DNA of 64,000 bases. Origin: Blastocladiella emersonii ATCC 22665 (lineage: Eukaryota > Fungi > Blastocladiomycota). The stretch spans positions 372,001 to 436,000 of the forward strand of contig JANHCV010000012.1 of NCBI GenBank assembly GCA_025594325.1. Direction: 5' to 3'. The translations under genes and the position numbers were made by a program. Positions 41,302-52,399 of this stretch are shown here, one piece after another. Position 1 is the stretch's first letter. Each line of letters opens with the position of its first letter. The notes below the pieces were generated by a model. That model searched no databases. It saw only the letters and a list, made by a program, of their open reading frames with translations, and was not told where the DNA came from.

Positions 41302-42755
41302 TCACCGCCCGCCCTCGGTGCATCCCGGACAGTTGTGCAGCACGTCGTGAATGTACACGTCGCAGTCGAGGCACACGTGCACGCCGCACCGCGGGCACGC
41401 GAACCGGCCCGTGCTCGTGCGCGCCGATGTCAACGCGACCGCGACACCGTCCGTGCCCGGTGGCGCGGGCAGCGGTGACATGCACCCGCCGCATTCCATT
41501 GACGTGATCCTACAACTTCGGGGTCAGTATACCCGGGTAACGCGAGACCCCCGAAAAACACGTACTGGTCCCAGTCCGTCACCTCGGCGAAATTGGGCAC
41601 CGGGAACAGGTGGTGGTACGACCGCGCCAGGTGCGGCGACAGCACCAGCGTCAGCCCGCACACGACGCAGTCCGACGGCACCGCGCACACTTTCGCCGCG
41701 CACCGCGGGCACGTGAACCCCGCCGTGCTCGGTTTCGCGTGGCTACATACACACACGTCGTCAGTTTACGCGAAGGTGAGGGAATGCGAGTGAACGTACC
41801 ACGCGCACAGCGTGTGCGTCGTGCGCACCGCGTAGTTCGGGAACCCCATATGCATGAGATTACTCGCCTTGCGCGCCATCGCGCGGAGCGCAATCGGCGG
41901 CGGCGGGACGTGCTCGAGGATCAGCTCCTTGAGGTGCGCGTCGTGCATCGCCACCGAAAACGTCCCGCGCGTCTCGGCCGCGATCTTCTTGCAGATGCGG
42001 ATCTCGGCCGACAGCGCAATGATCGACACGCGGACCGAGTCGCGCACCAGCGCCGCGAGCGTGTCCAAGATATTCCCCGGGTCGCACGTCGTCAGCGCCG
42101 AGAACAGCACCACCACCTCGCGCGTCCCGTGCCGCGGCACGTGCGCCAGGATCCCACGCGCGAGCTCCAGCGCGTTCTGCAGCGACGGCTCGCCCGGGTC
42201 CGACGCCGACCCCAAGGTCGCGGCGCGCTCGCGGATCCGCTTCAGGTGGTCGCCCGGGTGCGAGCTCAGCGAGGACACCTGGAACGCCTGCTCCGTGTGC
42301 GTCACGACCAGGGCGACCTGCGCCAGCGGGTTCTGGTCAAAGAACTCGACCAGGAACGCGTCCAGCAGCGTCGCGCAAGCGTCGAGGCGGGAAGGAAACA
42401 TGTCCTTTTCCCGCGACGCCGACGACAGGTCGACGACCACCACGACGTGGCGTACTAGGCCCCGCTGCAGCGTGCGCGTGTCGCGCAGCAGTCTACACGG
42501 ATGGTGTGAGCGATCGCCCTCGCCGCCCTCGCGGAACCCGCCGTACCGCTTGCGCTTGAGCTGGTTCGTCAGCTCGGCGACACTCGCCGAGATCAACCCG
42601 TTCTCGTCCTCCTGCAGCACGTCCCACGACCGCTTGTACGTCTCCTCCCACGCGTACCCGCCCGCGGCCCCGAGCGCGCCCGCTGCGGGGGCCGGGCCGG
42701 CGCGGTCGTGGTCGGGCGAGTCCGGCGAGATGTACGTCGACGTGTCCTGATCCAT
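41302..42755 (-). CDS. SSL1: TFIIH p44 subunit
   Basis: [18 protein letters not shown], vWA domain ([10 protein letters not shown]), C4 finger and C-terminal RING-like [18 protein letters not shown]; three introns. Confidence 0.97.
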
Positions 42756-43010
42756 GTGTTTACGTTGTTGCGGGGAGTTCCGGAACGGTGGAGCCCCTGT
42801 TTGTTGATGGAAGGGAGGGGTCGGTCGAGTCAGAAGGGGCTGGGCAGGGTCAAGCAAGAGTGCGCCGATGCGCCGCGGCCGGTCGCCTCTCTCTCCCCTG
42901 CACTACTCCGCCCCCTGCATGTATCATTGATATTCCGGCTGGACGGACACCGAGCACGCATCAACGCCCACCATCTGCACCGCGCCAAACCTACCCGATC
43001 GCCGACCGCC

Positions 43011-43424
43011 ATGGACCACGGCGGCCCGAACACCAACCCGGCGTGCCCGGCCGGCAAGATCGTCCGCGTCGACTACATGAACATCCGCGAGTGTGCAGGG
43101 ATGATTTCTTTCAATCCGCGGCTCAGTCTGCAGGACAATCTCAACAATCTAGTGAAGGTACGACGTGATTTGACCCGCTAGAACACTTGGGGGACGTCCC
43201 TGACGCCGTCCGGACCGGTCCCACGGCGTTTCCGCCTGTAGCAAAAGCTCAACGAGGTACCCAACCTGCACCGCGTCATCTCCATGAACTACACCGAGTC
43301 GTCGAGCGTCATGCGCAAGAACTGCGCCCTGTGCACCGTGTGGTTCGAGACCCTGGTCGACGCGCCGGCGCCCGGCACGGCCTTGGCAACGCCTTCCTCG
43401 ACCACCTCGGCCGGTACCGATTGA
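43011..43424 (+). CDS. Small hypothetical protein (about 110 aa, two exons)
   Basis: gccATG context, native codon bias, phase-0 intron GTACGA..CCTGAC..TGTAG keeps the frame. Confidence 0.65.
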
Positions 43425-43488
43425 GAGAGTGTGTGTGTACGAGCAAGGAATGAAGTGTATATACCGCCGCCGTCGATTACCGAAAGAA

Positions 43489-44669
43489 TCACGACATGAT
43501 GAGCATCGGGCGCGACCCCTGCGGGTTGTTGGCCGCCTCGTTCTTGCGCTCGAGCTCCATGCGCTTGGCCATCAGCTCGATCACGTACGTCACCGACGGG
43601 TGCACGCAGAAGAACTATCGGGCTGGGTGTCAGTGACGCGACAGAGAGTTTGGCGCGGGAAAGTCGGACCTGGATGACGAGGAAGATGCCGACGCGCCAC
43701 GTCCACTGGTCGCCCAGCACGCGCTGCGCCCAGTCCGCGTCGCTGCACGCGCGCTGCCGCTTGCTCCCGCATAGGATCTCGCCCGTCTGCCAGTAGCTGT
43801 ACGCGCGCGCGGTGGGTCGTCAGTGAGGTGGGCGACGGGAGGATGGGAGAGTCGAGCCGACGGCAACGTACTTTCCGTACGCCATGTAGTACCCGCACCC
43901 GATCAGACTGATGACCATGGTCACCGCGACGTACTACTCACCGCTAACGCGTCAGTTACTCGCACGACGAGCCACATACACCCCAAAGTCGTACCAGGAC
44001 CGTAATGTGGTACTGGTGCCGCACCGCGTACCCGGACAGCGTGCCGGCGAGCGCGAACAGCGACACGACAAACTGCGTGTACCACAGCCACCGGCAGTCG
44101 GCGCCGCCCGGCGAGATGCGGTCCGCGGCCGACGCCGGCTGGAAACTAGCCGGCAGCGCGGGCACCGTTACGTACGCTTCGACGAGCACCCCGAAGCAGA
44201 ACGTCTACACGCGTGGGTCGTACGTCAGTCCCCGCGTGCCGTCCCACGACCCGGCGCAACGCACCATCTGCAGCGCACAGCATATCCGGTTGTTCAGCTT
44301 GTGGTTGCTGCTGAGCGCGTAGACCTTGTTGAACCACGCCTGCACCTTCGGCGAGTACTTGGCCAGCGCGCCCGGCAGCTTGAGCGTCGGCGCCTGCCCC
44401 GCGCCGCTGCCCGCCGCCCCCGCCGCGGTCCCGTTACCGCTGCCGCCCGTCACGGACCCGAGGTTCGCCGTCGCCAGCGACCCGTTGACGGTCCCGCCCG
44501 AGTACCCCGGCTTGAGCTCCTGCGACAGCGGCGAGTGGCCCGTGCGCGACACGGTCGCGTTTGCGTTCGGGGCCCCCGCGGCAGCGGCAGCAGCGGCCGC
44601 AGCGGCGGCGGCGGCCATGTGCGCCTGGTGCTGGTGCGCGACCGACGGGCGAGCGCCGATCCCGGTCAT
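43489..44669 (-). CDS. Hypothetical four-TM membrane protein with poly-Ala N-terminus
   Basis: Four canonical introns with CTGAC branch sites join exons into one ORF with four hydrophobic helices. Confidence 0.7.
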
Positions 44670-44947
44670 TGCAGTGGAGTGTAGTTTCGGTGGGTTGAGG
44701 CCAGGTTACATGAGACGCCGTGCGTGAGTGGATCAGGGGAGCGGGTGAGGCGAGGCGCGAGACAATTTCCGCGCGCATGGGAGGAAGGGAGAGAAACGCG
44801 TCGCGTCCCGGCATCATGTGACCGGGCGCGTGAGCGTGGCGCCGCGCGATCGGCCGCCCACGCGTCCGGTGGGCTGCGTGCGAATGGGGCCTCCGTTCTC
44901 GCGCTCCTTCTCTCGCTGCAAAGGATCTGAACGAAGCACGCGGAACC

Positions 44948-46316
44948 ATGGTAAGCAGCACCGCATTGACTTCCGGCAACGGCGCCGCCGGCGCGGCCAA
45001 GCAGGGCAAGGAGGAGTTTGAGCTGACGCCCGAGGCACGCACCGCCCCTACCCCGCCTGCTCAACCGCACTCTGACCACGTCCCGCGCATCAACAGGAAA
45101 TCGAAAAGTTCTCGACGGCGTTCAAGGACCCGCAGTTCCGCGACCTGTTCCGCGAGTACATGGACGAGATCTCGGACCCGGCGAACCGCGCGCGGTACGA
45201 GGCCGAGCTCGCCGAGCTCGAGTGCGAGCGCGGACACACCATCCGGTGGGTCCGCCCGACCCCGCAGTTCGCGCTCCGCACCACGCGCCGCGCCAGCGAT
45301 CCGTTGCCCGCCGTGATCCGCGAGTCGGCGTCGACGGTCACCATCGACTCGACGACGTGCTACGTCAACCTCGCGTCGTCGGACGAGATCGAGAGACCCA
45401 CCAGCCAGGTCAAGAAGCAGGGCGGCAAGCAGGGCGTCGCGTGGCAGATCCCGCACAGTCTCACGCCGCCGCGCCCGGATTATGGGGAGGGCGACGATGG
45501 TACGCGCCCACGCTGGTGTTGTCGCGAGAGACTCGTATTGACTGGTCGTTTTGTGTAGCCAAAAAGACGTGCCTCATCTTCGACGTCGTGTTCCACCCGC
45601 TGGCCTTCGAGCTCAAGGCGCTCGAGCCAACGCTCATCTCGTCCGCGCTCGACTCGATCAAGGCCAAGTTCGGCACCACGCTCGACGCCAAGACCGCCAC
45701 CAAGCTCGCCGACGACTTCAAGTACAAGGGCGTCCCCGTCAACACGGCGATCCGGGAACCCGTCGCCCCGGCCCCGGCCCCGACCCCGGCCCCGGCCCCC
45801 GCCGCGGCCAAGGGCAAGGGTAAGGGCAAGTCGCCCGCCACCGCCGCCGCCGCTGCGAAACCCACCTCCGCGGCGCTCGAAAAGCTCGCGTTCCTCGCCG
45901 ACCTCGAGTCGCGCGCGGCCGTCCCGCCGGCGCCGCCCGTCGCCGAGCCCGACCATGTCATCGTGCACCGCTTCGACACGGACATGCAGGACTTCACCAA
46001 CTCGACGCCGTCCACCGCATCTACGCCCGCGTCGATCCGCCCGCGCGCGCTCGTCGTCCGCATCCAGCTGCCGCGCGTCACCGACGTCGCCGAGATCGAC
46101 ACGTCCATCAGCGACGACGCCACCACGCTCGTCGTCGAGGTCCCGAAAAAGTACCACAAGGTGATCCCGCTCCGGTACGCCGTCGACGAGGCGCGCGCGA
46201 GCGCCAAGTGGGTCGTGGATAAGAAGGTGCTCGAGCTCGTGCTGCCCGTGGTCGCGCCGCGGGTGGTCGAGGTGGTGGGCGCGAGTGGAGCGACGGCGGA
46301 GGATCACGTGGATTGA
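44948..46316 (+). CDS. DNAAF2: Kintoun / dynein axonemal assembly factor 2 (PIH1 domain)
   Basis: AFKDPQFRDLFREYMDEISDPANRARYEAEL...VRPTPQFALRT, CYVNLASSDEI, FDVVFHP; GC-AG intron 45035-45096 and intron 45500-45558. Confidence 0.92.
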
Positions 46317-46582
46317 GACGGATACATGCTGTACTTTTTGCGCGCAGCGACGCTGAGGTACTGAGCCCATTACCGCGAGGAAGGATCAGATGTGATGTAG
46401 GACACTTGCGAGGCGAGGTGCACGGTGTGGTACGACAGCTGCGAGACAAGAAACGCGTCGACGCGATCGGTCACGGACTGATCGCGTGATGATGTTTGAT
46501 GGCACAAGCCGGAAACGGCGTCCGCGATTGCCCCTCTCGCCCCACACACATGAAACGAATGAATATATCAACGAGCGACTCC

Positions 46583-48395
46583 ATGCAACAGCCCTTGCAT
46601 CAACGTTTATCGCCAGAGCTATGGCTCACGGTCCTCTTGCACCTCGCCGAGATTGGTGGGGCAAGGGACGTGACCGCTGTTATGCGAACGAATCGCATGC
46701 TCCACGCCCTCGCGCGTGACGAGCGTGTCGCACACACACTCTTCCTTGCGTTCAACAAGCACCTTGCACTCGATATGCACGGCCGCCCGCCACGCCTTGG
46801 CGAGCTGCCCATTTCGTGGTGGGCGGTTGTTCGCGACCAGGCCCTGACCCACCGCACTTGGGCTCGCGGCGCGTACAGCATCACGCAACTTGACTTTGCG
46901 GCGCCGAGCGACCCGACTGACAAAACTGATTTCTACGATTGGGTCCTTGCTGACAAGTCGTACCTCGTCGCGATCGCCTTCCGAAGCCGCGAGGAAGGCT
47001 ACCGCGGATCTGCTTCTACGACGACCGAGTCTACATACGACTTTGAGCGCTACGCCTGTGCACACGTTCTTTCCCTACCAACCCTCGATCCAGTCGCTAC
47101 GTTGCGGTTCCCTGGGCTCAAACTCGCAGCTGAACTCGGTGATAAGGGCTACGAATTTGAGCCTCTGCTGCTCGACTCGCCTCAATGCCGGTTCCTGCTC
47201 GCTGTAAATCCAGCGCTCGGTGGTAACTCGCCCTCGACCATTATCTGGTGGTACTGGAATCGCAACGAAGACGACGCCATTGTCGAAACGCGAAAGTACT
47301 CTCCCTCGCAAGATAGTTCGTGTCACTGGATTGGGTACTGGAAGGGAACGTCAACTGACTGTGCGCGAGTGAAATCGTGTAGGCTTTGGGGCGTTCTTCA
47401 TCAATGGCGATACGCTTGTTCTCTCTTACCAGGAGGCAAACACCGACTTTCCGGTGTTCGAAATCCTGGATCCAATCACTCTCTGCTGCACCTCGCGCAC
47501 GGTCGTTCCGCGCGAATGCGACTACACAGTCCGTCTTGCTCCGTTCAGCCTTGACATGGTTGCGCTAATTCCTTCGGATGGACCCGTCGCGCTGTACTCG
47601 GTGACGAAACAAGCGATCGTCGAGGAGCTTCAATTCATCGACGGTATCAATCTTATGGGACTTGACCCTCGGCCTTGGTATCGTCCATCGCTTCACTCGG
47701 AGACCAGCTTGATCCGAACCTCCTGCACTTCACCGCTTGCTCAGCGTCGATGGCAGCATTTCTTGGTGGACAGCGATCACTCGGACACGCCTGACGCAGC
47801 TCGGATTACACGTGCCGTTCGCACACTTCCTTCTGCACCCACTCGTGCAGCAAGTGATGACCACTCGGACTCAACGGCTGGGAAAACGCTCGTCTCCTTC
47901 TTGAACCCGCACAGCGTGGCAATGACCCTCGTTGGCTACCACATCTCGATCACGCTTTCCATGCAAAATGAACTTCATGTCACCGATCTCAGGTCGGGGG
48001 CCTCGCTCGCGACCCTACTCGATCTTGATCCTATCCCTGCCAGAGCCATGCAGGCTGACGGTACCGCCATCCGCCCGTGGCCCACACGAACAGCGGACGA
48101 AAGTTCACGCGCAACGCGCGCGTTGGAAGCTCGAAACGCGCACAACGCGTCGCTGAGGCATGTCACCCGGTCCGAAGCTCAGGGAGCAGCACCGCTTGTC
48201 ATGATCCAGTATTCAATAGCCGCCTCCGAGCTCTCGCATTATATCGGTCGGCCTGGAAACGCAGTTGCCCAAAGCGAGCTCAGCAAAATGCTCAGTTATG
48301 ATTCGTTCGAGCTTCGCTGGCTTGGGGATCGCTACGACAAGCTGGTCGCGTACCGCGGGCCGTACCTGTATCTGCTCCAGGCGCTTGAGGAATGA
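46583..48395 (+). CDS. F-box protein with divergent beta-rich C-terminus
   Basis: RLSPELWLTVLLHL..DVTAVMRTNRMLHALARD F-box-like motif; intron 47316-47382 (GTTCGT..ACTGAC..TAG) joins the two overlapping ORFs. Confidence 0.75.
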
Positions 48396-48531
48396 TTGAA
48401 GGATTGAATGTGTGAATATACTCTGCTGCTTTTACAAGGTCTCTGGAACGAATCTGATGTCGTCTCAATGCTCGGGGAGAGAGGAGAACTCGTTGTGTCT
48501 CTTTCGTAACGCATCACCAAACCGCGCCCGC

Positions 48532-48752
48532 CCAGGCCCCATGGATCCAGGGTGGATCCACCTCAAGCTTTCCAGCGCTGGGTCGATCTCCCGATCACCG
48601 CTGTATCCAGATTTTGCCGACTGGATCCACAATAATGACAGGTGGATCCAGCCTTGACCGAGATGTGCTGGGATGAGCTTGGCGGCCACCTGGATCAAGA
48701 TGTCGATCCACAATTAAGAAACTGGAACTACACCTTGATCCACATGGCCTGG
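48532..48752. mobile_element. MITE-like element, family 2, rich in (T)GGATCCA motifs
   Basis: ccaggccccatggatccagg ... ccttgatccacatggcctgg inverted ends (16/20 match) and about 10 GATCC-like motifs in 221 bp; no TSD. Confidence 0.5.
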
Positions 48753-48862
48753 ATTAACTTGTTGACAGAGTTCGTTTGAGAAGCCACCTTTTGACAGTTG
48801 AGCACGACGGACATCTATCTATCTATATTCAGCAATATTCACCCCGGCCATCAACGAAACGC

Positions 48863-50030
48863 TCAAAGGCGCCGCTTGCGGCACGGGTTGGGCTTGTCCG
48901 GGTTGTTGGCGTGGAACTCGACGACGAGATCGGGGTGCTGGAGTTCGCTGTACGGCTCCCACGTCGTGTCGCTGTAGCCGGCCCACTGGACGTGGTACAC
49001 AAAGTCGCGGCCGTCGCGACGCACGTCGAGGATCGCCTCGACCTGGTATTCGTTGGCGTCGCTGCCGCCGTTGCCTTGGACGTACTTCTTGGCATCGCAA
49101 TCGTAATCGCTGTCCGAGGAAGAAGCATCCGAGATCTTGGAGATCTTGCGCTTGCGCGACGGCCGCGAGCCTACTGCTACTGGATCCGCGGCAATCTGAG
49201 CCGGCTGTTGCTGCTGCAACGCGATCAGCTCGACCGTCTTGGCGTGCGCAGCGCGCTCCTGCTCGAGCCGAGCGGCCGCGAGGTCGCGGTCAGCTTGAAC
49301 TGCATCGAGGTGCGACTTAGAGTCCTTGAGCCGAGAAACGAGGCGCAAGTTCGCGCTCTGCGCCGCGGCCAGCTGCCCGCGCGTGTCGGAGAGCTGGGCG
49401 AGCAGCTCATTGACTTTGAGATGCTGGCCAGAGCGCTCAGCGCGGTCAGAATCGAGCCGGGCCGCGATTGCCGCGAGCTGCTCGGTCATGGCCGCGCGAG
49501 CGGAACGTGCCTCGGCGAGCTCACAAGCGAGTTGAACGGAGAGGAAGGACGTGCACGCCTGCGTGTCCTTAAGCTGCTGGGACAGAAAGTTGCGCTCGCA
49601 GGTGACCGAGTTGAGGCCATACAGCGTCTTCCAGGCCAGGTCGCGAGCATGGGATTGAGCAGCAGTCGCGGCAACAAACTGGGAGGCGAGGTGGTTGGCG
49701 TGGACGACCGGATGTGGAGGAGAATGAACACCAGCGGGAAGTTGTGCGCCAGTCGTAGGTCCGGAGAAATGTGCAACGGGCTTGACGACAACAGGCGCGG
49801 AAGGATGCGGAGCGTTGGACTTGGGATACATCTTGAGACCGCCTGGCTTTGACACGGACGGCGGAGTACCAAAAGGGGAAGACTAAATACATCGGCAGGT
49901 GTTAGGACACGAACGTGGGAGGGCAATGGGCATAGGCAGATCGTACAGTCACAGGAAGGATTGATGAGGGGTGCTGCTGCTCCTGCGGAAAACGAACTTG
50001 GACTTGGTAGGTGCGCTGATCCATTTTCAT
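48863..50030 (-). CDS. Coiled-coil protein with NLS and C-terminal chromodomain
   Basis: EYQVEAILDVR..YHVQWAGYSDTTWEP..L...LVVEFH..NPDKP; exon 1 50030-49947, intron 49883-49946 (GTACGA..CCTAAC..TAG). Confidence 0.85.
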
Positions 50031-50104
50031 TCGATTGCTGCTGCTGCGTGGAGAAGAGTTTGAGATGGTTGATGAGAGAGAGAGCCTCAGCAGGACACGT
50101 CCCA

Positions 50105-50111
50105 TTTTATA
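50105..50111 (-). promoter_or_regulatory. TATA box of the chromodomain gene
   Basis: TATAAAA about 75 bp upstream of the predicted ATG, followed by a pyrimidine-rich tract. Confidence 0.5.
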
Positions 50112-50472
50112 GGGGCGGCAAGTGCGACACGCGTTGCACAACAGTATGCAAGGGGGCCGGGGAGACCCTGACCTTTCCTCCTCTGTTTGCCTGCGCATCT
50201 CCCACTTTTCGAGATTATTCACGTGGATTTCGTGACTTGCGACGCGTCGGAAAGTCTCCCGGACTGCCATATCTTTCGTGTCACGTTTGCCAGTGCGACA
50301 GAGGTCTCCCACGATCACGCATTTCAAGTGGTCCACAGTGTGACACGCGTCTTTTTTTGGCGGATTTGGCACCACCGCTGCACTGGTCCAGCAACTCAAA
50401 GGCGCTCAACGCGCTCTGATCAGGTCACGTATGTGGCGCAACGCGTATGTTTGAATTGAGAGTTTCCTTCGA

Positions 50473-52175
50473 TCAACGAATAAGCTCATGCATTCCAGGA
50501 TACCAGTTAATAAGAATTGCACAACACCAGCCAGTTAAGTTCCCAGTCAACACTTGAAAGCGAGCAAAGCTTGCCGGGAAACCATCAAGAGCGTCTGGAT
50601 CAAGAGCTGACGGGTTGTTGCGTCTCAACGAGAAATCTCTGAGTCCTCTTGGAAGAAACTTGCCAAGGGTTTGCACTCCCACGCGGGTAATCAAGTTGTC
50701 ACAGAGCTGCAGTACAGCGACCGTGTGCGGAAGCGCTGGTGCAAGGGCCTGATAGCTCGGTCGTCAAGATTTGTAGACGAGAGAATCATAACCTGAGGAG
50801 CCACGGGTATGTGGAGCGCGAGAAGCATTGCTCCTTCGGGTCCCAAGTCGGCACTGTAGAGATTCAGCGAGACTAGAGTGGGTAGGATTCGCGGAATAAC
50901 GGAAAGCACGCTGTGTCTCGTAGGTTGACATCCCATAAGGTCCAAGTTTCTCATGCTTTGAGGTAGCATTCGGGCTAGCGCCACGACTGCCTCGTCCTGA
51001 GACGCCAAGAACCGGAGCGAGAGATGGCCAAGTGAGAGCGGAAGCGCTGTTCCAAAAGAGCTGACCAGATATTCATTCAGGATTTCTCCCTTGAGTTCGA
51101 AAAATGTGAGGGGAGCTGGAAGTGCACAAGTAGCCGCTTGGATTGTTTTGGGCGACGCCGCTGATGCAGATGAATCATGATCCTGGGAGATAATTAGCTT
51201 GCCGACAGACAAACTTTTCAACGAGTCTGGAAAAAGCGGGAGGAATGAAACAAAACACTGGTCAGTGATTTGGTTTCCACGCAACCCAAGCGTTGTGAGG
51301 CATGGGGGAAGCACGCTAACAAGTTGGCGGAGAGTACGATCGTTGAGGCGGCTATTTTCGACAGTCAACGACTGCAGGGTTGCGGGCAGAGTTGCAAAAA
51401 GATACGGAACAGCGGCGGAGAGGTTTGCCGAGGAGACATCCAGGGACTGGAGGCTCGCGGGCCAGGACTTCGGAGTGAGATGCGCCGCTGACGAGGGGAC
51501 GCTGCGCATCCAGCAGCTTTGAAGCTCTGCACAACGTAAAGATGACGGAAGTTCAAGAGCCAGGAGACAAGGAAGGTCGATCGTGCATACTGAGACGTGA
51601 ATAAACTCCAATTTCTGCAACGGGCTCGACATGGCGGCGTTGAGAGCGTTGATCCCTGTCATAGAGATGGGGAGCTGCTCAAGCCATTGCGCGTCGGTCT
51701 CACCTGCCGCAACAGCGGTGCACATTTCGGCGATACCCGCGTCAACAGCGACAGGCCCTTCGCCGTCTGTGGTACGGCGCACTCCAAGCGCAACGTGTGC
51801 ATCGGGCTCTTGCTCCCGCTCGTCAAGCCAGAGCTTCAACTCGTGGGCGTCGAGCGAGCCTCTATCCCGCCACCACTTGAGCGTTTCGAGATTGCGTGCG
51901 TCGATAGCGTAGCCAAGCGCGTCGTGCGAGCAGCGGAGCGGGATTCCAAGCGCTTTCCACTTGTTGAGTACTGTCATGTTGCCGCGCGCGGTGGCACTGT
52001 CAAGCGAGACACTCGGGCAGTGCGTCAAAAGCGCGTTCTCGATGCGTGGAGCCATTGCCCGCGGCAGAACGCGCGCATAGTGCAAGAACTGGTCCGTGTC
52101 GGCCGAGTCGTCGAGCTCGATCGCATAAACAAAAATTCGCTCGAGCACTTCAGGAAGGTGGAGTGTCTCGAGCAT
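50473..52175 (-). pseudogene. F-box-like/ankyrin-like/LRR gene copy 4 (single late frameshift)
   Basis: LPEVLERIFVYA, YARVLPRAMAP, SLDSATARGN..LNKWK, LKWW, many LRRs; the LRR continues in another frame after about 50748 (ALAPALPHTVAVLQLCDNLI). Confidence 0.75.
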
Positions 52176-52399
52176 GTTGCATGAAGTTTGCGTTGCGTTC
52201 AGTGTGGTGAGTGGAACTGGGGCTGGAGCTTCACTCGATGTTGCGTGAAACGGTGAGGCGGAGCGGAGCGCGTGCGACCTGAAACACGTCACCTGATTGA
52301 CCGACGCGTCTCTCAATGTCTCAAATCCGGTCCGCGCGGAGAGCACGCGTGCTAAAACTCGCGCGGGCGTGCTAAAAAAATGACGGGATATAAATATGG

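Noticed and set aside
44941-44956. RFX X-box-like CCATGGTAA at the kintoun start
   Set aside because: Only a half-site and it overlaps the ATG and splice donor; not enough support
46496-48395. Apparent frameshift between the two F-box ORFs
   Set aside because: Explained by a canonical 67-nt intron (47316-47382)
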